DNA of 64,000 nucleotides from a virus (Duplodnaviria; Heunggongvirae; Uroviricota; Caudoviricetes): IMG/VR virus record IMGVR_UViG_648028025_000010; one strand, 5' to 3'. Shown piece by piece: positions 20,059 to 31,474 of this stretch (position 1 is its first letter; each line of letters starts with the position of its first letter). The notes under the pieces were generated by a model. It saw only the letters and a program-made list of their open reading frames with translations, ran no database searches and was not told where the DNA came from. The position numbers and the translations under genes were made by a program.

Positions 20059-22017
20059 TTACGCCGTACATTTCACCAGGCCGCGGTGATCAACTGGCGC
20101 AACACCAGCGTCAATACGCACTTTCGTTGTCACGCCATCCACACTGAAGCCCTCCATCTGATCAATATATGGCGTATCCACACCGTTGAGATAAGCCACT
20201 TCAATCGTATCGGAGCCTTTGGACGCAGCCAGGTAGAAGGTGGTCTGGCTGTTATCATCAAGACGAGGCTCTGCAATAACGGTCGCAAAATCTTTCACCG
20301 GGTTAATAATACCGGCGTTAATGTCAGCCCCCTTGACACTTGAGGAGCGAATGACCTGGTTAGCAACAGACTCCATCGCCGTCGGTACCAGTACGAACGC
20401 AGGACGAATATTCAGATGACGCTCACCCTCTTTCTGAACGCGCATCAACTGGCGGGCTTTATCCAGCGATGCCACGTCCATTGCCGCGCTCTCCAGTACG
20501 TTTGCATGTTTCGCTTTATCGAACAGACTTACATTATCTGTGGAGATTTTCGGGTTAGACGTCAGAATGGCATAAACCAGATCGGCAATAGTGGATTTCG
20601 CCGCACGGCCCAGCTTCATCGGGACATCGGTCAGCATATTCAGATCATCATTGATAATGGCCTGACGGGTGATACTGAACAGCTCGCCATAGGTCGCCAG
20701 TGCAATAGTGGCCTGTTTATCTCCGGTGGTGACGTATTTATATTCTGCCCCTTCACGCACCTGACGCAGAGCACTGAAGCCCCCCATACCCACACGATGG
20801 GCAATTTTAAAATCAGACAACTGACCTTTCCGCGTCCACTGTTCATAGGTTTCAGGGGCATCTTCCCAGCCCTGCAGAATGGCTTTGTTCGCAACATCCA
20901 GCAGAATATTACCGAAGTCAGACGTACTGTGTGTGAACGCCGCACCGACCATCTGCATCGGGTTATAACTGGAAACACCAATACCACGTTCAGTCAGTGA
21001 CATACGGGCATATTCACGCAGGGTCATCCCGTTGTAGACATTATCACGTTCAGTTTTTTCAAACCCGGCGCGCGCCATCAGCGCCTGGCGGATCCCGTCC
21101 CCCACAAAATTACCGTTACCGGCATAAATATGAGCCGGGGTATTTTTATTGGATGGCGTGGACTCGCGCCCCATCTCGTTCAACAGCTTTTCGCGGGCCT
21201 GCTCCAGCGAACATTCAGGATCGGCAAGACACTGAGCCTGCAACGACTGATAACGCCCGCCAAACATGGCAAACAGATCATTAATACCGTTTACACGCGC
21301 TTTTTGCTCTGCCAGGACCTGCGCACGGATGCTGTTTTCATCCACCACGGGTGCTGCTGCCTGCACTGGCGTCCGGGAGGCTGCAGGTCCATCATCCTGT
21401 ACGCGTGGAGCACTGTTGCGTGGCGGAGTAATCATATTTCGAATGGATTCCGGCATCTTTTTAAATTCCTCTGTACGTTTTGACTGAATACATGCCATTG
21501 CCTTAACGGCTGGTGTCACCTGATCAGCAAATCCCTGTGCCAGACATTCGGCACCGGACATCCAGGTCTCATCCGCCAGCATGGCAGCAATTTCATCGGT
21601 GGTTTTCCCGGTTTTCTGTGCATAAGCGGGTAACAGAACCGCCTCAACTTTATCGAGCAGGTCGGCATAGGTGCGCATGTCCTCCGCATCACCGCCCGTA
21701 AAGCCAAATGGTTTATGAATCATCATGAAGGAGTTTTCCGGCATAATGACCGGGTTTCCTACCATCGCAATGACCGACGCCATTGACGCCGCCACACCGT
21801 CGACATAAACGGTAATGGACGCACCATGTGTTTTCAGCGCATTAAAAATGGCGATGCCTTCAAAGACATCGCCACCCGGTGAATTAATATGGAGATTAAT
21901 GTGGGTGATATCGCCCAGTGCATTCAGATCACTGATAAACTGCTTCGCTGTAACACCCCAGAAACCAATCTCGTCATAAATATAAATATCCGCGTCACTC
22001 TGGTGACCAGCCTGCAT
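20059..22017 (-). CDS. Prohead protease (ClpP/S49-like) fused to an HK97-fold major capsid protein
   Basis: From internal Met MQAGHQSDADIYIYDEIGFWGV... The N-terminal region has the ClpP-like motif HINSPGGDVFEGIAIFNALK. The long C-terminal region lies in the capsid position after portal. Confidence 0.75.
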   Translation of the reverse strand: MQAGHQSDADIYIYDEIGFWGVTAKQFISDLNALGDITHINLHINSPGGDVFEGIAIFNALKTHGASITVYVDGVAASMASVIAMVGNPVIMPENSFMMIHKPFGFTGGDAEDMRTYADLLDKVEAVLLPAYAQKTGKTTDEIAAMLADETWMSGAECLAQGFADQVTPAVKAMACIQSKRTEEFKKMPESIRNMITPPRNSAPRVQDDGPAASRTPVQAAAPVVDENSIRAQVLAEQKARVNGINDLFAMFGGRYQSLQAQCLADPECSLEQAREKLLNEMGRESTPSNKNTPAHIYAGNGNFVGDGIRQALMARAGFEKTERDNVYNGMTLREYARMSLTERGIGVSSYNPMQMVGAAFTHSTSDFGNILLDVANKAILQGWEDAPETYEQWTRKGQLSDFKIAHRVGMGGFSALRQVREGAEYKYVTTGDKQATIALATYGELFSITRQAIINDDLNMLTDVPMKLGRAAKSTIADLVYAILTSNPKISTDNVSLFDKAKHANVLESAAMDVASLDKARQLMRVQKEGERHLNIRPAFVLVPTAMESVANQVIRSSSVKGADINAGIINPVKDFATVIAEPRLDDNSQTTFYLAASKGSDTIEVAYLNGVDTPYIDQMEGFSVDGVTTKVRIDAGVAPVDHRGLVKCTA

Positions 22018-22030
22018 CCTGAACCAGGAA

Positions 22031-23539
22031 TTATTCTTCGGACTGGTCGTCGGTGTGCTGCGGCTCCTGTCGTTTCGTTGCGGCACTACTGCCTCCTTTA
22101 TCACTGGCCGGATCGGTATCAAATACCAGATCCAGCTTGCGGTTTTCATCAATTTCGGCCTTGCGCCGACGTTTGACATCATCCGGATTACGACCACCAG
22201 CACGTACCCAGTCTGATTCTGTCGCCGCTCCACCACGAATCTGGATTTTCCAGGCCTCAGCCTCCTTAACAGGGTCAATCCACGGCATCACTGGTCCGGA
22301 ATACACCGCGGTATACAGTGAAGAACGGTCAAGATCGCGGGGTAGCCTGATAACACCGGATGCCACAGCCTGTTTCAGCCATGCACGATACATCGGGCGG
22401 GTGACGGCACCAATAAACCAGTCCTGCAGGATCAGGTAGCCATCAGTGGATTCAACCAGCTCCTGACGCTGGGCGCTGTAAGTGCCGTTATAGTTGCGCG
22501 CTGTACTGGAAAAACTCAGACGACTGCCCGCCGCCACGGCACGCAACTGACCATTACGAAAAGTTTCAAGGTTAGGATTGGGGCGATCCGACTTCACCAT
22601 TCCGATTTCTTCGCCGGGTTTCAGATCGTCGTAAATAATGCCCGGCTGAATGGTAAGCTCACGTTCATTCTCCTTTCTGCCATTACCATCCGGTTCATAG
22701 CTCTGCCCGTCGCCTTTCCGGATGTACATCCCCAGAGCAGCGGCGATCCTTGCTGCAGTCAGCTCAGAATCTTCATATTCTTTCAGGGCACTGAGGCGGA
22801 TCAGCACACCGGACAACAAAGACGTCCCGCGCATCTGGTGCAGACGGCGAACAAATTTAAGATGCAGCATTCGCTCTGCATCCACTTCTTTGGTTTCCAT
22901 CTGCCGTCCGGATACGGGACGGCTTTTATACACCAGATATTTTTCGGGACGCCCCCAGTCATCAACAAACACGCCCTGATTCAGCCTGTTGCTCTCATCA
23001 CTAGTCATGGGAATAAAGTCCGGCTCGAGCGCCTCCAGCCAGAAATGAACACCGGCAGAAGGCGCCAGGCTGTTTATGCGCCCGGAAACCATCTGGGCAA
23101 ACACCTCACCATCGCGCAGCCAGGTACGAAGCATCAGACGTTCCAGCATCGGACGGGTAAACTGCCCGGTGACTTCCGGGCTGACAGACCATTCACTCCA
23201 TCGGGTGCGAATCTCCGCAGCCAGGTCACGGGCAATGGCCCCATTGCGTAATACCGGATGTGGCTCGACAATAATCCCGTTTTTCCCCACCACCCGTTCT
23301 TCCAGCTTGTCAAATACACCAATAACCAGATCGTGGTTGTTATCAAGGTAACGGGCCTGCTCACGTAACGACACGGCCCCGTACTGGCTTAACTGGTCGG
23401 CAGTTCGGTTCTCCCGTCGGGCTTTGTGTGTCCGCGTCGTTTTTACGGCCTCATAAGCCTGGATCACCGCACGGGAACGCAGCCTTGCCGCTTTCCATCC
23501 TGGTGAAAAAACGCCAATCACATCATCAAGAATTGCCAT
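22031..23539 (-). CDS. Portal protein
   Basis: About 502 aa from MAILDDVIGVF... Lies between gpW-like and the capsid gene. ATGA overlap with the W stop. Size and position as lambda gpB. Confidence 0.8.
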   Translation of the reverse strand: MAILDDVIGVFSPGWKAARLRSRAVIQAYEAVKTTRTHKARRENRTADQLSQYGAVSLREQARYLDNNHDLVIGVFDKLEERVVGKNGIIVEPHPVLRNGAIARDLAAEIRTRWSEWSVSPEVTGQFTRPMLERLMLRTWLRDGEVFAQMVSGRINSLAPSAGVHFWLEALEPDFIPMTSDESNRLNQGVFVDDWGRPEKYLVYKSRPVSGRQMETKEVDAERMLHLKFVRRLHQMRGTSLLSGVLIRLSALKEYEDSELTAARIAAALGMYIRKGDGQSYEPDGNGRKENERELTIQPGIIYDDLKPGEEIGMVKSDRPNPNLETFRNGQLRAVAAGSRLSFSSTARNYNGTYSAQRQELVESTDGYLILQDWFIGAVTRPMYRAWLKQAVASGVIRLPRDLDRSSLYTAVYSGPVMPWIDPVKEAEAWKIQIRGGAATESDWVRAGGRNPDDVKRRRKAEIDENRKLDLVFDTDPASDKGGSSAATKRQEPQHTDDQSEE

Positions 23540-23757
23540 CAGAACCTCGCCAGCCGGTACCCGGGATGCCCCCGTCGTCGTGTAATCAGAGCCGCAAGGC
23601 GGCGCTCCCACTCCTGCCGTCCCTGCCGGATCTCAGATAAGTTTTCCATGGTCATCTGCTGACCATTAAAGGTGACGGATTTTCCGTCCAGCACCGCCAT
23701 TTCAGCTTCCGTATAACGCTGAATCATGGCTTCGATATCATTCTGGTTCATAACCAT
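23539..23757 (-). CDS. gpW-like head-tail joining/head completion protein
   Basis: 72-aa ORF between large terminase and portal, the lambda W position. Confidence 0.6.
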   Translation of the reverse strand: MVMNQNDIEAMIQRYTEAEMAVLDGKSVTFNGQQMTMENLSEIRQGRQEWERRLAALITRRRGHPGYRLARF

Positions 23758-25847
23758 CCTCCGGAAGTCAGCCAGGGGTTAACATCGTCAGTTACTGTTT
23801 TCTTCCGTTTTTGTTTTTTAACAGGCGTGGATACCGGTTCCGGTGAGGATGACGGTTCGGTACTGTCCTGGACACACTCCAGCCAGGTCTCCCGGCTCGC
23901 CCACTCCGGTGCATCCGGCCAGCGGATCTTTTCGTATCCATGCAGAATGACCAGAGCCTCGGCATACACCATCAGGTCAAAAGCTTCGTTGGCACCGCGA
24001 CCCGGCTTACTCCATTTCCCGTCACTGCTCCGCTCTTCATACGTCAGTTCGTCGTAAAACCAGCTCCCCAGCCAGTCAGGGAAATGCACATAGCCTGGAC
24101 CTGGCGAGTCACGCCATAACGCGTTATTCACCCGGTCTTTCAGGGCATCCGTCTGAAGAAGCCAGAGCGGCACATCACCTGCGGCCTGCGCCCGGCGGCC
24201 CGTTCGTCCGGTGTTATCAGGGAATGTACGGCTGATCAGTTTTGCGCGCCGGATGCTGTCACCCTTAAACAGGTAAATACGTTTACCAAGGCCATCACGA
24301 CGGCAACGACGCCAGAATTTATAGGCATTATCAGTGACCCCGTCTTCACCGCCGGAGTCCACCGCCATTGCCATCAGTCGCATTTGTTGAGAAGGATCGG
24401 AGGCCAGCGGCCAGCTTTTATGAAAAACATCCGTCAGCAGGACATCCCAGTCTTCCGGATAGCTGGCCGGATCAATTCGCTGGCTCTCCCCGTCGCAGTC
24501 ACTGCGCAATGACTGCGTGATGTTGTAACGATCAATAATCCAGCGTTCGCCACGACTGCCATAGCCCGTTACCTGAACCACAAAACGGCGATGACGTCCC
24601 GCCTGCACATCCACTGTCGCCACAAGGAAATTAACGCCATCCGGCACACTGCGGGAAGGAACTGGCTCTGCCCGCTGCTCAAGCAGTTCACTTTTTCGTT
24701 GCTCCATGCTGGCACGAGGAAGATAAGGCAATCCCCAGTCGGTGTTGATAACCGCCCTGAGTGTTTCTTCGCTTCCTGTCGCTTCATACTCCTGTTCTGC
24801 AGTCAGTAATTTGTAAACCAGTTGCGCCCAGGTCTGATACGCAGCAGCTGGCCCTTCCATCCAGAAACTGGCGATACGGGAGCGGCGCGGTTCACCGGAA
24901 ACGTTGCCGTTACGATCAATGACCTGACCTTCACGCAACCAGACTCCTGCACTATTGAGCTCACGCTTTTTCTCCGCAGTGATAATGCCGCTGCAGTGCG
25001 GGCAAAGTAGATACGCCGCCTCACTGGCTTTAAAGGGATCCGGTTCATTACGGTAGCCGGTCATGGCATCCATGGCTGGCTGAAAATATTCACCGCAGTG
25101 CGGACATGACCAGTACCAGCGGCGGCGGTCACCACGATTGTAAAGGGAAAGAATACCAGTCGTCGGTGGCGCTTCATGAGGCGACTTACGTCGCCATTTG
25201 CTGTCGCAGATGTCACGTCCCGGCGAGCTCTCCACCAGAGTCATCCCAGCGGACATAAATGTGGTGGTACGTTTTGAGGCCAGGGAGAAACCATCACCCT
25301 CGCTGTCGATATTCTCCGGAAAACGGTCGTAATCGGTTAAGGCGACAAACCGGTAATCCGACGACGACATAATGTTGACCGAGGGCCAACCAATTTTAAG
25401 GAACGAGCCATCCCTGAACGTCTTATCATGGACATTATTGTCGTTACGACGTGGACTCATTCTTTTCTTTACCGCCGCACTGCTTCTGAACGTTCTGTCG
25501 AGGCGCTTTTTAGAATGCTCGCGGGCCTTATCTTCGGTCATCTGCACAACGAGCATGTCCGAAGGATCGCAAACGATGGTATAGACAATCCATCCATCGA
25601 TCAGACCAATGGTCTTCCCTGTTCGCGCAGGACCAACAAAAATCACCGCATCGTATTCACGCGATGCCAGGCAGTTCATGGGCTCAATGATGTAGGGTGT
25701 CAGTTCAGGATCCCATGGCACCGAGTTACCAGCCCCCTTGGGAACACGCATGAATTTTTTAACAGCCTCCGAAATCGGCATGCGACGTGGTGGGGAAAAT
25801 CCTGCCGATATGTCCCTTCCCAAATTTCGGGCTGATGAAAAACCCAT
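23748..25847 (-). CDS. Terminase large subunit (gpA-like)
   Basis: 699 aa. Walker A-like VGPARTGKT near the N-terminus and a Cys cluster (CPHCGEYF...CPHC) as in lambda gpA. Confidence 0.9.
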   Translation of the reverse strand: MGFSSARNLGRDISAGFSPPRRMPISEAVKKFMRVPKGAGNSVPWDPELTPYIIEPMNCLASREYDAVIFVGPARTGKTIGLIDGWIVYTIVCDPSDMLVVQMTEDKAREHSKKRLDRTFRSSAAVKKRMSPRRNDNNVHDKTFRDGSFLKIGWPSVNIMSSSDYRFVALTDYDRFPENIDSEGDGFSLASKRTTTFMSAGMTLVESSPGRDICDSKWRRKSPHEAPPTTGILSLYNRGDRRRWYWSCPHCGEYFQPAMDAMTGYRNEPDPFKASEAAYLLCPHCSGIITAEKKRELNSAGVWLREGQVIDRNGNVSGEPRRSRIASFWMEGPAAAYQTWAQLVYKLLTAEQEYEATGSEETLRAVINTDWGLPYLPRASMEQRKSELLEQRAEPVPSRSVPDGVNFLVATVDVQAGRHRRFVVQVTGYGSRGERWIIDRYNITQSLRSDCDGESQRIDPASYPEDWDVLLTDVFHKSWPLASDPSQQMRLMAMAVDSGGEDGVTDNAYKFWRRCRRDGLGKRIYLFKGDSIRRAKLISRTFPDNTGRTGRRAQAAGDVPLWLLQTDALKDRVNNALWRDSPGPGYVHFPDWLGSWFYDELTYEERSSDGKWSKPGRGANEAFDLMVYAEALVILHGYEKIRWPDAPEWASRETWLECVQDSTEPSSSPEPVSTPVKKQKRKKTVTDDVNPWLTSGGWL

Positions 25848-25855
25848 TATTCCTC

Positions 25856-26383
25856 CTAGAGACTCTCTCCTTCCTCATCAGGAATTAATTCAGCAGCACA
25901 AGCCTCGTAGGATTTTTCCTGAAGAGTGTATCGCAGGTCATCAATGGCCTGCTGTACAACGCCGACGGCCTGAGGAGTCAGGGCGCAATCGCGTTCAAGA
26001 ACATCCGGAATTGTCTCCAGAACCTGGACGACAGCCTTTCTCATGGACGAATAGACGATGACTACTTCATCAACGGGGATGAGTTTTCGCTGCTCCTTTT
26101 CCAGCTTGATCCTTTCATTTTCAGATTGGTACCAGTCCTTTCTCTCTTTCGGCTCCATACGGGATGGATCATGAACAGAGTCTGCTGCCTCATGCTTCAC
26201 ACTAAACAGGGCTGGCCCGACATGCTGCAGGGCGTAAACGGGGTTCCCCCTGACAGTCGCAGCCACAGGAGTGTTAGCCGCGAGGAGCCGTTTTTTTACT
26301 GTGTCCCGGTGAAGCCCAAAGGCCTCAGCGATTTTAAAAACACTCCAGTAATAAGCATCACCGATCCCGCTCACATTTGACAT
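25856..26383 (-). CDS. Terminase small subunit (Nu1-like)
   Basis: Start chosen at ATG with GGAG RBS (MSNVSGIGDAYYWSVFKIAEAFGLHRDTVKKRL, winged-HTH like Nu1). Directly upstream of the large subunit. Confidence 0.8.
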   Translation of the reverse strand: MSNVSGIGDAYYWSVFKIAEAFGLHRDTVKKRLLAANTPVAATVRGNPVYALQHVGPALFSVKHEAADSVHDPSRMEPKERKDWYQSENERIKLEKEQRKLIPVDEVVIVYSSMRKAVVQVLETIPDVLERDCALTPQAVGVVQQAIDDLRYTLQEKSYEACAAELIPDEEGESL

Positions 26384-26539
26384 AAGCAACTCCATCTGGC
26401 AGGTGAAAATCATGTTTATTTATATATTTCAATTAATTGCAAACTGGTCTAATGACAGGGAGAAAGAAATATTGTACAGGTGAAAAGAGAAATAACTTTT
26501 AATTATCAATAAATTACCAAACATGCTGCCGCCGCCATG

Positions 26540-26600
26540 GAAATGCAAAAACTAGCCTTTTTCCGCGACGCTCCCGCCCCGTGGCAGGGGCCCCCACCGG
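26540..26600 (-). other. Candidate cos site (cosN-like GC-rich element followed by AT-rich DNA)
   Basis: Minus strand reads GGGGCGGGAGCGTCGCGGAAAAAGGCTAGTTTTTGC..., resembling the lambda cos left end GGGCGGCGACCTCGCGGGTTTTCGC..., about 180 bp upstream of Nu1. Confidence 0.35.
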
Positions 26601-26767
26601 GAGGACCCGACAGCCTGACAGCCTGACAGCCGTGATGAGCATCTGATACAGCGCTTTACATAATGGCATAGGAATAATTCAGAAGGACATCACAGCATGC
26701 CCACACAAATTAGTGTGAGTGTCCTGTTTCTTCCTACGCACAGGACTGACGAGCATGAGGGGAAAAT

Positions 26768-26935
26768 ATGCGAACCATAAATGCCTCATCTTCAGCAATG
26801 CAACCGGCATCCGAACAGGACGATATTGTAAATTCACCTAATTACGAGGACATTGCAGTAGTTGAATTGCAGCTCTGTATTAGCCTGACAGTGACAGAAT
26901 GCGATATTGACTCTGTCACAGGTGAAATAGTTTGA
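26768..26935 (+). CDS. Small acidic hypothetical protein (55 aa)
   Basis: ATG preceded by a GAGGGG RBS. Translation MRTINASSSAMQPASEQDDIVNSPNYEDIAVVELQLCISLTVTECDIDSVTGEIV. Not in the ORF track (below 60 aa). Confidence 0.3.
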   Translation: MRTINASSSAMQPASEQDDIVNSPNYEDIAVVELQLCISLTVTECDIDSVTGEIV

Positions 26936-26955
26936 ATGATTAGCAGTTATGGTGC

Positions 26956-27162
26956 TCAGTCAACCACCAGGGAATAATCCTTCGAATTCTTATCGTGCTT
27001 CACCAACGCTGCCTCAATTGCCCTGAATGCTTCCAGAGACACCTGATGTTCTATACATGCAATTACAACATCCGGGTAACTCATAGAAATGGTGCTATTA
27101 AGCATATTTTTTACACGAATCAGATCCAACGAGACTTCATCAGCAGATTGTTCTTTATTCAT
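26956..27162 (-). CDS. Small prophage protein, possibly YnfO-like
   Basis: 68-aa ORF between terminase and ydfO, the position where Qin carries ynfO. Sequence identity not verified. Confidence 0.4.
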   Translation of the reverse strand: MNKEQSADEVSLDLIRVKNMLNSTISMSYPDVVIACIEHQVSLEAFRAIEAALVKHDKNSKDYSLVVD

Positions 27163-27462
27163 TTTGTCGCTCCATGCGTTTGCTCGTCATCTAGCGGTTA
27201 AAATATTACTTCAAATCTTACTGCATAAAAGAGGAAAAGTATGAAAGTTTGAGTACATCGACCTTACATACATCTGTCGGTTGCATATCCCTCCTGGATG
27301 CCAGCAAGGCTCAATTTTGTTACGCAATCAACACTATTCATTAAAAACAGGCTTAATATTTGACATAAATCATCAACAAAACACAAAGAGGTCAGACCAG
27401 ATTGAAACAATAAACACGATAATGCTAACTACGCGCCATCGTATCACATGGAAGGTTTACCA

Positions 27463-27873
27463 ATGGCTCAGGCTGCCATTTTTAAAGAAATATTCGATCA
27501 AGTGCGTAAAGATTTAAACTGTGAATTATTTTATTCTGAGCTAAAACGTCACAATGTCTCACTTTATATTTACTATTTAGCCACAGATAATATTCACATT
27601 GTGTTAGAAAACGACAACATAGTGTTAGTAAAAGGACTCAAAAAGGTTGTAAATGTTAAATTCTCCAGAAACAAACATCTTATAGAGACCTCCTATAATA
27701 AGTTGAAATCAAAAGAAATCACATTTCAACAATACAGGGAAAATCTTGCTAAAGCAGGAGTTTTCCGATGGGTTACAAATATCCAGGAACACCAAAGATA
27801 TTACTATGCCTTTGATAACTCATTACTATTTACTGAAAGCATCCAGAAAACTACACAGATCTTACCACGCTAA
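27463..27873 (+). CDS. ydfO: DUF1398-family prophage protein YdfO
   Basis: 136 aa from [31 protein letters not shown]..., matching my recollection of Qin YdfO. Confidence 0.75.
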   Translation: MAQAAIFKEIFDQVRKDLNCELFYSELKRHNVSLYIYYLATDNIHIVLENDNIVLVKGLKKVVNVKFSRNKHLIETSYNKLKSKEITFQQYRENLAKAGVFRWVTNIQEHQRYYYAFDNSLLFTESIQKTTQILPR

Positions 27874-28024
27874 ACCATAACGTCCGGCTTCTCTCACTCC
27901 TGAGCCGGACTGCATTGGTTTAATAAAAACCATCAACAATTGTGATTTAGATATTCGGAACCATTCAAATATAACAAAACCCCGAAAAAACGAGGTTTAT
28001 GGATAAATTTTATTATTGAATACA

Positions 28025-28198
28025 TCAGATTAAATTAATCTTGACATCATAGCTTTCAAGACCCGTCATTTTTTCCCGTGCGGTAAACTGAATACTGGTA
28101 ACTTCTTTCCCGGTCTTTTTCTTAAGTTCAATAATTTTTTTTGTTATATATTCAGAAATATCTGCTTCTGCTTTTGTTTTTAAGTTTTCAATATTCAT
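28025..28198 (-). CDS. gnsB: GnsA/GnsB-family protein (57 aa)
   Basis: Hand translation MNIENLKTKAEADISEYITKKIIELKKKTGKEVTSIQFTAREKMTGLESYDVKINLI. Not in the ORF track (below 60 aa). Family and size match GnsB. Confidence 0.7.
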   Translation of the reverse strand: MNIENLKTKAEADISEYITKKIIELKKKTGKEVTSIQFTAREKMTGLESYDVKINLI

Positions 28199-28369
28199 CA
28201 TTTCCTCTTTTAGTCTGTTATGACTTTCCAGTTACACAGTAAGTCGATTATATGGTGCAAACGTGTAAAAGATAAGATGAAACATCGCAATAATCAACAT
28301 ACGATAGTCTAAATTTTACACAAACAGACAAAGAGAATTTTCCTGAATTATCAATACAATAGCATCAAA

Positions 28370-28600
28370 TCAACTCAAGAGCCTTATTGCTGCTTCCAGA
28401 ATTTCTTCTGAAGTAACATGTCGATCCGCGGCTACATAAATGACTTTATGATCTCCGGTCAGAGATGGAAACCCTGCGGCCATTACAGTAAGGTGTGTTT
28501 TTTCGCCATTTGGATATTCACGCATGATGGTGTTAACTCCAGTCATCGCTGGCACTACCACTGCTGGTTCAGAGTTAAAAAAAACTATGATTTTTTTCAT
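28370..28600 (-). CDS. ynfN: YnfN-like small prophage protein (start uncertain)
   Basis: ORF ...MREYPNGEKTHLTVMAAGFPSLTGDHKVIYVAADRHVTSEEILEAAIRLLS. The first in-frame ATG is at 28600; a shorter 51-aa product from 28525 is possible. Confidence 0.5.
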   Translation of the reverse strand: MKKIIVFFNSEPAVVVPAMTGVNTIMREYPNGEKTHLTVMAAGFPSLTGDHKVIYVAADRHVTSEEILEAAIRLLS

Positions 28601-28871
28601 GATGTTACCGTAGTATGTGAGTATCCATCGAATAGATACCAAGCAAAAAAGCTCCCGAAGGAGCCTTCATTTTCACTTTTTTAAATCCAACGACAGACGG
28701 CTGGCATTTAAGTATTGTGAAATATTATCAAATGTAATCATCATTGATTTACAAAAGATACATTTTGCCCCGAAAGGATTCATGTCAGAAACATCAAAAG
28801 ATGATGTTCTATACTGGGAACCATGACAACACGGGCATCTAAAGTGAATATGGTTTGTAATATTGTCTACC

Positions 28872-29084
28872 TCAAAGCGCCACTACATGAACAGCGGCAG
28901 GACCTTTAGGTCCGTTCTCAATACCAAATTCAACTTCCTGATTCTCAGTTAATGTTTTGAAATCGTTGCTCTGAATTGCTGAGAAATGGACAAACACATC
29001 TTTGCTGCCATCTTTCGGCGTGATGAAACCAAAACCTTTTTCAGGGTTAAACCATTTCACTAAACCAGTCATTTTGTTAGACAT
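28872..29084 (-). CDS. cspI: Cold-shock protein CspA family
   Basis: 70 aa, [23 protein letters not shown]...VHFSAI with RNP1/RNP2 motifs. Confidence 0.9.
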   Translation of the reverse strand: MSNKMTGLVKWFNPEKGFGFITPKDGSKDVFVHFSAIQSNDFKTLTENQEVEFGIENGPKGPAAVHVVAL

Positions 29085-29446
29085 AATTATTACCTTTTGA
29101 AGAAATTAGCCCTTGGGCAGAATGGTCCGAAAAAAAATATCAGAGAGAAAAACCAACAAGGAAATCTCAAGAGGTACAAATAATAAAATTATAACAATGA
29201 CTGCTTCAGATAAATTTGTAACAAACCAGAACACCATTAACGCATGATTAACCACCCATAGCAAGGATTACTTTTGTAAAGAAAAACACAGCAATGAAAG
29301 AATAGCTTTATTTATTAATAAAACGTGTCATTCTGATTAAGACCTTTTATCTTACCCTTAAGATTTCAGGAATTTTGGCTCATGGAAGAGTCCTTTTTAT
29401 TTAAATTTTACATTCCGCGATGTAAATGTTCCGATTTAATATTACC

Positions 29447-30470
<1,024 letters not shown>

Positions 30471-30474
<4 letters not shown>

Positions 30475-30782
30475 ATATATTTATGATGAGGACGCTCGTG
30501 CTTATTGGCAGGATTTTCAATCTTAAAGGAGTACTGATGCTGCAGATAAGACTCAACTTTTTCTGACAATTTTTCTGCTACTTCCAGGAAGACTTGCCGG
30601 ACGCTCCTTCTGGCTGCTGCCTCATAAAACTCCAGCGCAGCTCCTTCAACACGGTCCATGGCGACATCCAGGTCAAAAATTTCACCGTCAAAGCGTTCCT
30701 TGTCCTGTAAGGCTACAGTTACCGTAACTTTATTCTCAAAATTACGGACTCCTTTCACAACCAGTTCATAGTCTTGAGTCAT
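30471..30782 (-). CDS. ydfR: Qin YdfR-like protein (DUF1327)
   Basis: 103-aa ORF between the holin and lysozyme genes. Confidence 0.55.
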
Positions 30783-30786
30783 TGGA

Positions 30787-31002
30787 TTACTCTCCTCTCG
30801 CAGCCTTACGCCTGTCTTCTTTAATCTTGAAATAAAGATTTGTCAGATACGTCAGCAGGCCAAAAACCAGGCTACCCAGCACACCGATTGCAGCCCACTG
30901 TGACGGAGTTACTTTATCGAGTAACTGTAATGCCCAGAAACCAGCATTACCCGCCGATGTGCCATAGGCAACACCTGTTGTTAACTTATCCATTGATTTC
31001 AT
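30787..31002 (-). CDS. essQ: Phage-21-type pinholin S with dual start (MKSMDK)
   Basis: Two in-frame ATGs three codons apart, then two TM segments ([20 protein letters not shown] / [18 protein letters not shown]) and the basic tail [21 protein letters not shown]. Confidence 0.8.
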   Translation of the reverse strand: MKSMDKLTTGVAYGTSAGNAGFWALQLLDKVTPSQWAAIGVLGSLVFGLLTYLTNLYFKIKEDRRKAARGE

Positions 31003-31221
31003 ATCCTCACCCCGATGTACACGGATGGTGCAATATGTTTGAAAAAGATCGGAGTCTACGGGGTAGTTTTGACAGCACACGTTGTTCTCAACGGCGCTAA
31101 AGAAACATACACATTAAAAATGTGAGTAATTATTTTGAAAGAAAGTCATATATAAAATAATAATACGAGAAATGTTTTCATATTTAGTGTACTGTATACG
31201 GCCATTATACAGGAAAAGCCT

Positions 31222-31392
31222 ATGTCAGAACGTAAAGACTCAAAATCACGCCGTAATTATCTCGTTAAATGTTCCTGCCCAAACTGCACCCAAGAGTCAG
31301 AACACAGTTTTTCAAGAGTACAAAAAGGTGCCCTTTTGATCTGCCCTCATTGCAACAAAGTATTCCAGACAAATCTTAAAGCTGTAGCCTGA
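31222..31392 (+). CDS. Small zinc-ribbon protein (56 aa), possibly YnfU-like
   Basis: AGGA RBS. Translation MSERKDSKSRRNYLVKCSCPNCTQESEHSFSRVQKGALLICPHCNKVFQTNLKAVA has CxxC...CxxC. Confidence 0.45.
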   Translation: MSERKDSKSRRNYLVKCSCPNCTQESEHSFSRVQKGALLICPHCNKVFQTNLKAVA

Positions 31393-31444
31393 TTGATTTT
31401 ATTAGTAACAAGTATTTTTTATATTTTAATAATATATTTAAAGC

Positions 31445-31474
31445 AGATAATAAAAAACCCGCCTGAGCGGGTTT
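31445..31474 (-). terminator. Rho-independent terminator downstream of cspB
   Basis: Stem cccgc-tcag-gcggg followed by T7 on the minus strand. Confidence 0.6.

Noticed and set aside
25428-25835. 135-aa plus-strand ORF antisense within the large terminase gene
   Set aside because: Antisense to a strongly supported terminase ORF. No start context. Likely spurious.
26609-26631. 3 x GACAGCC(T) short tandem repeat as a possible mini-array
   Set aside because: Only three 8-bp units with no spacers. More plausibly a protein-binding array in the cos region. Kept only as part of the cos finding.
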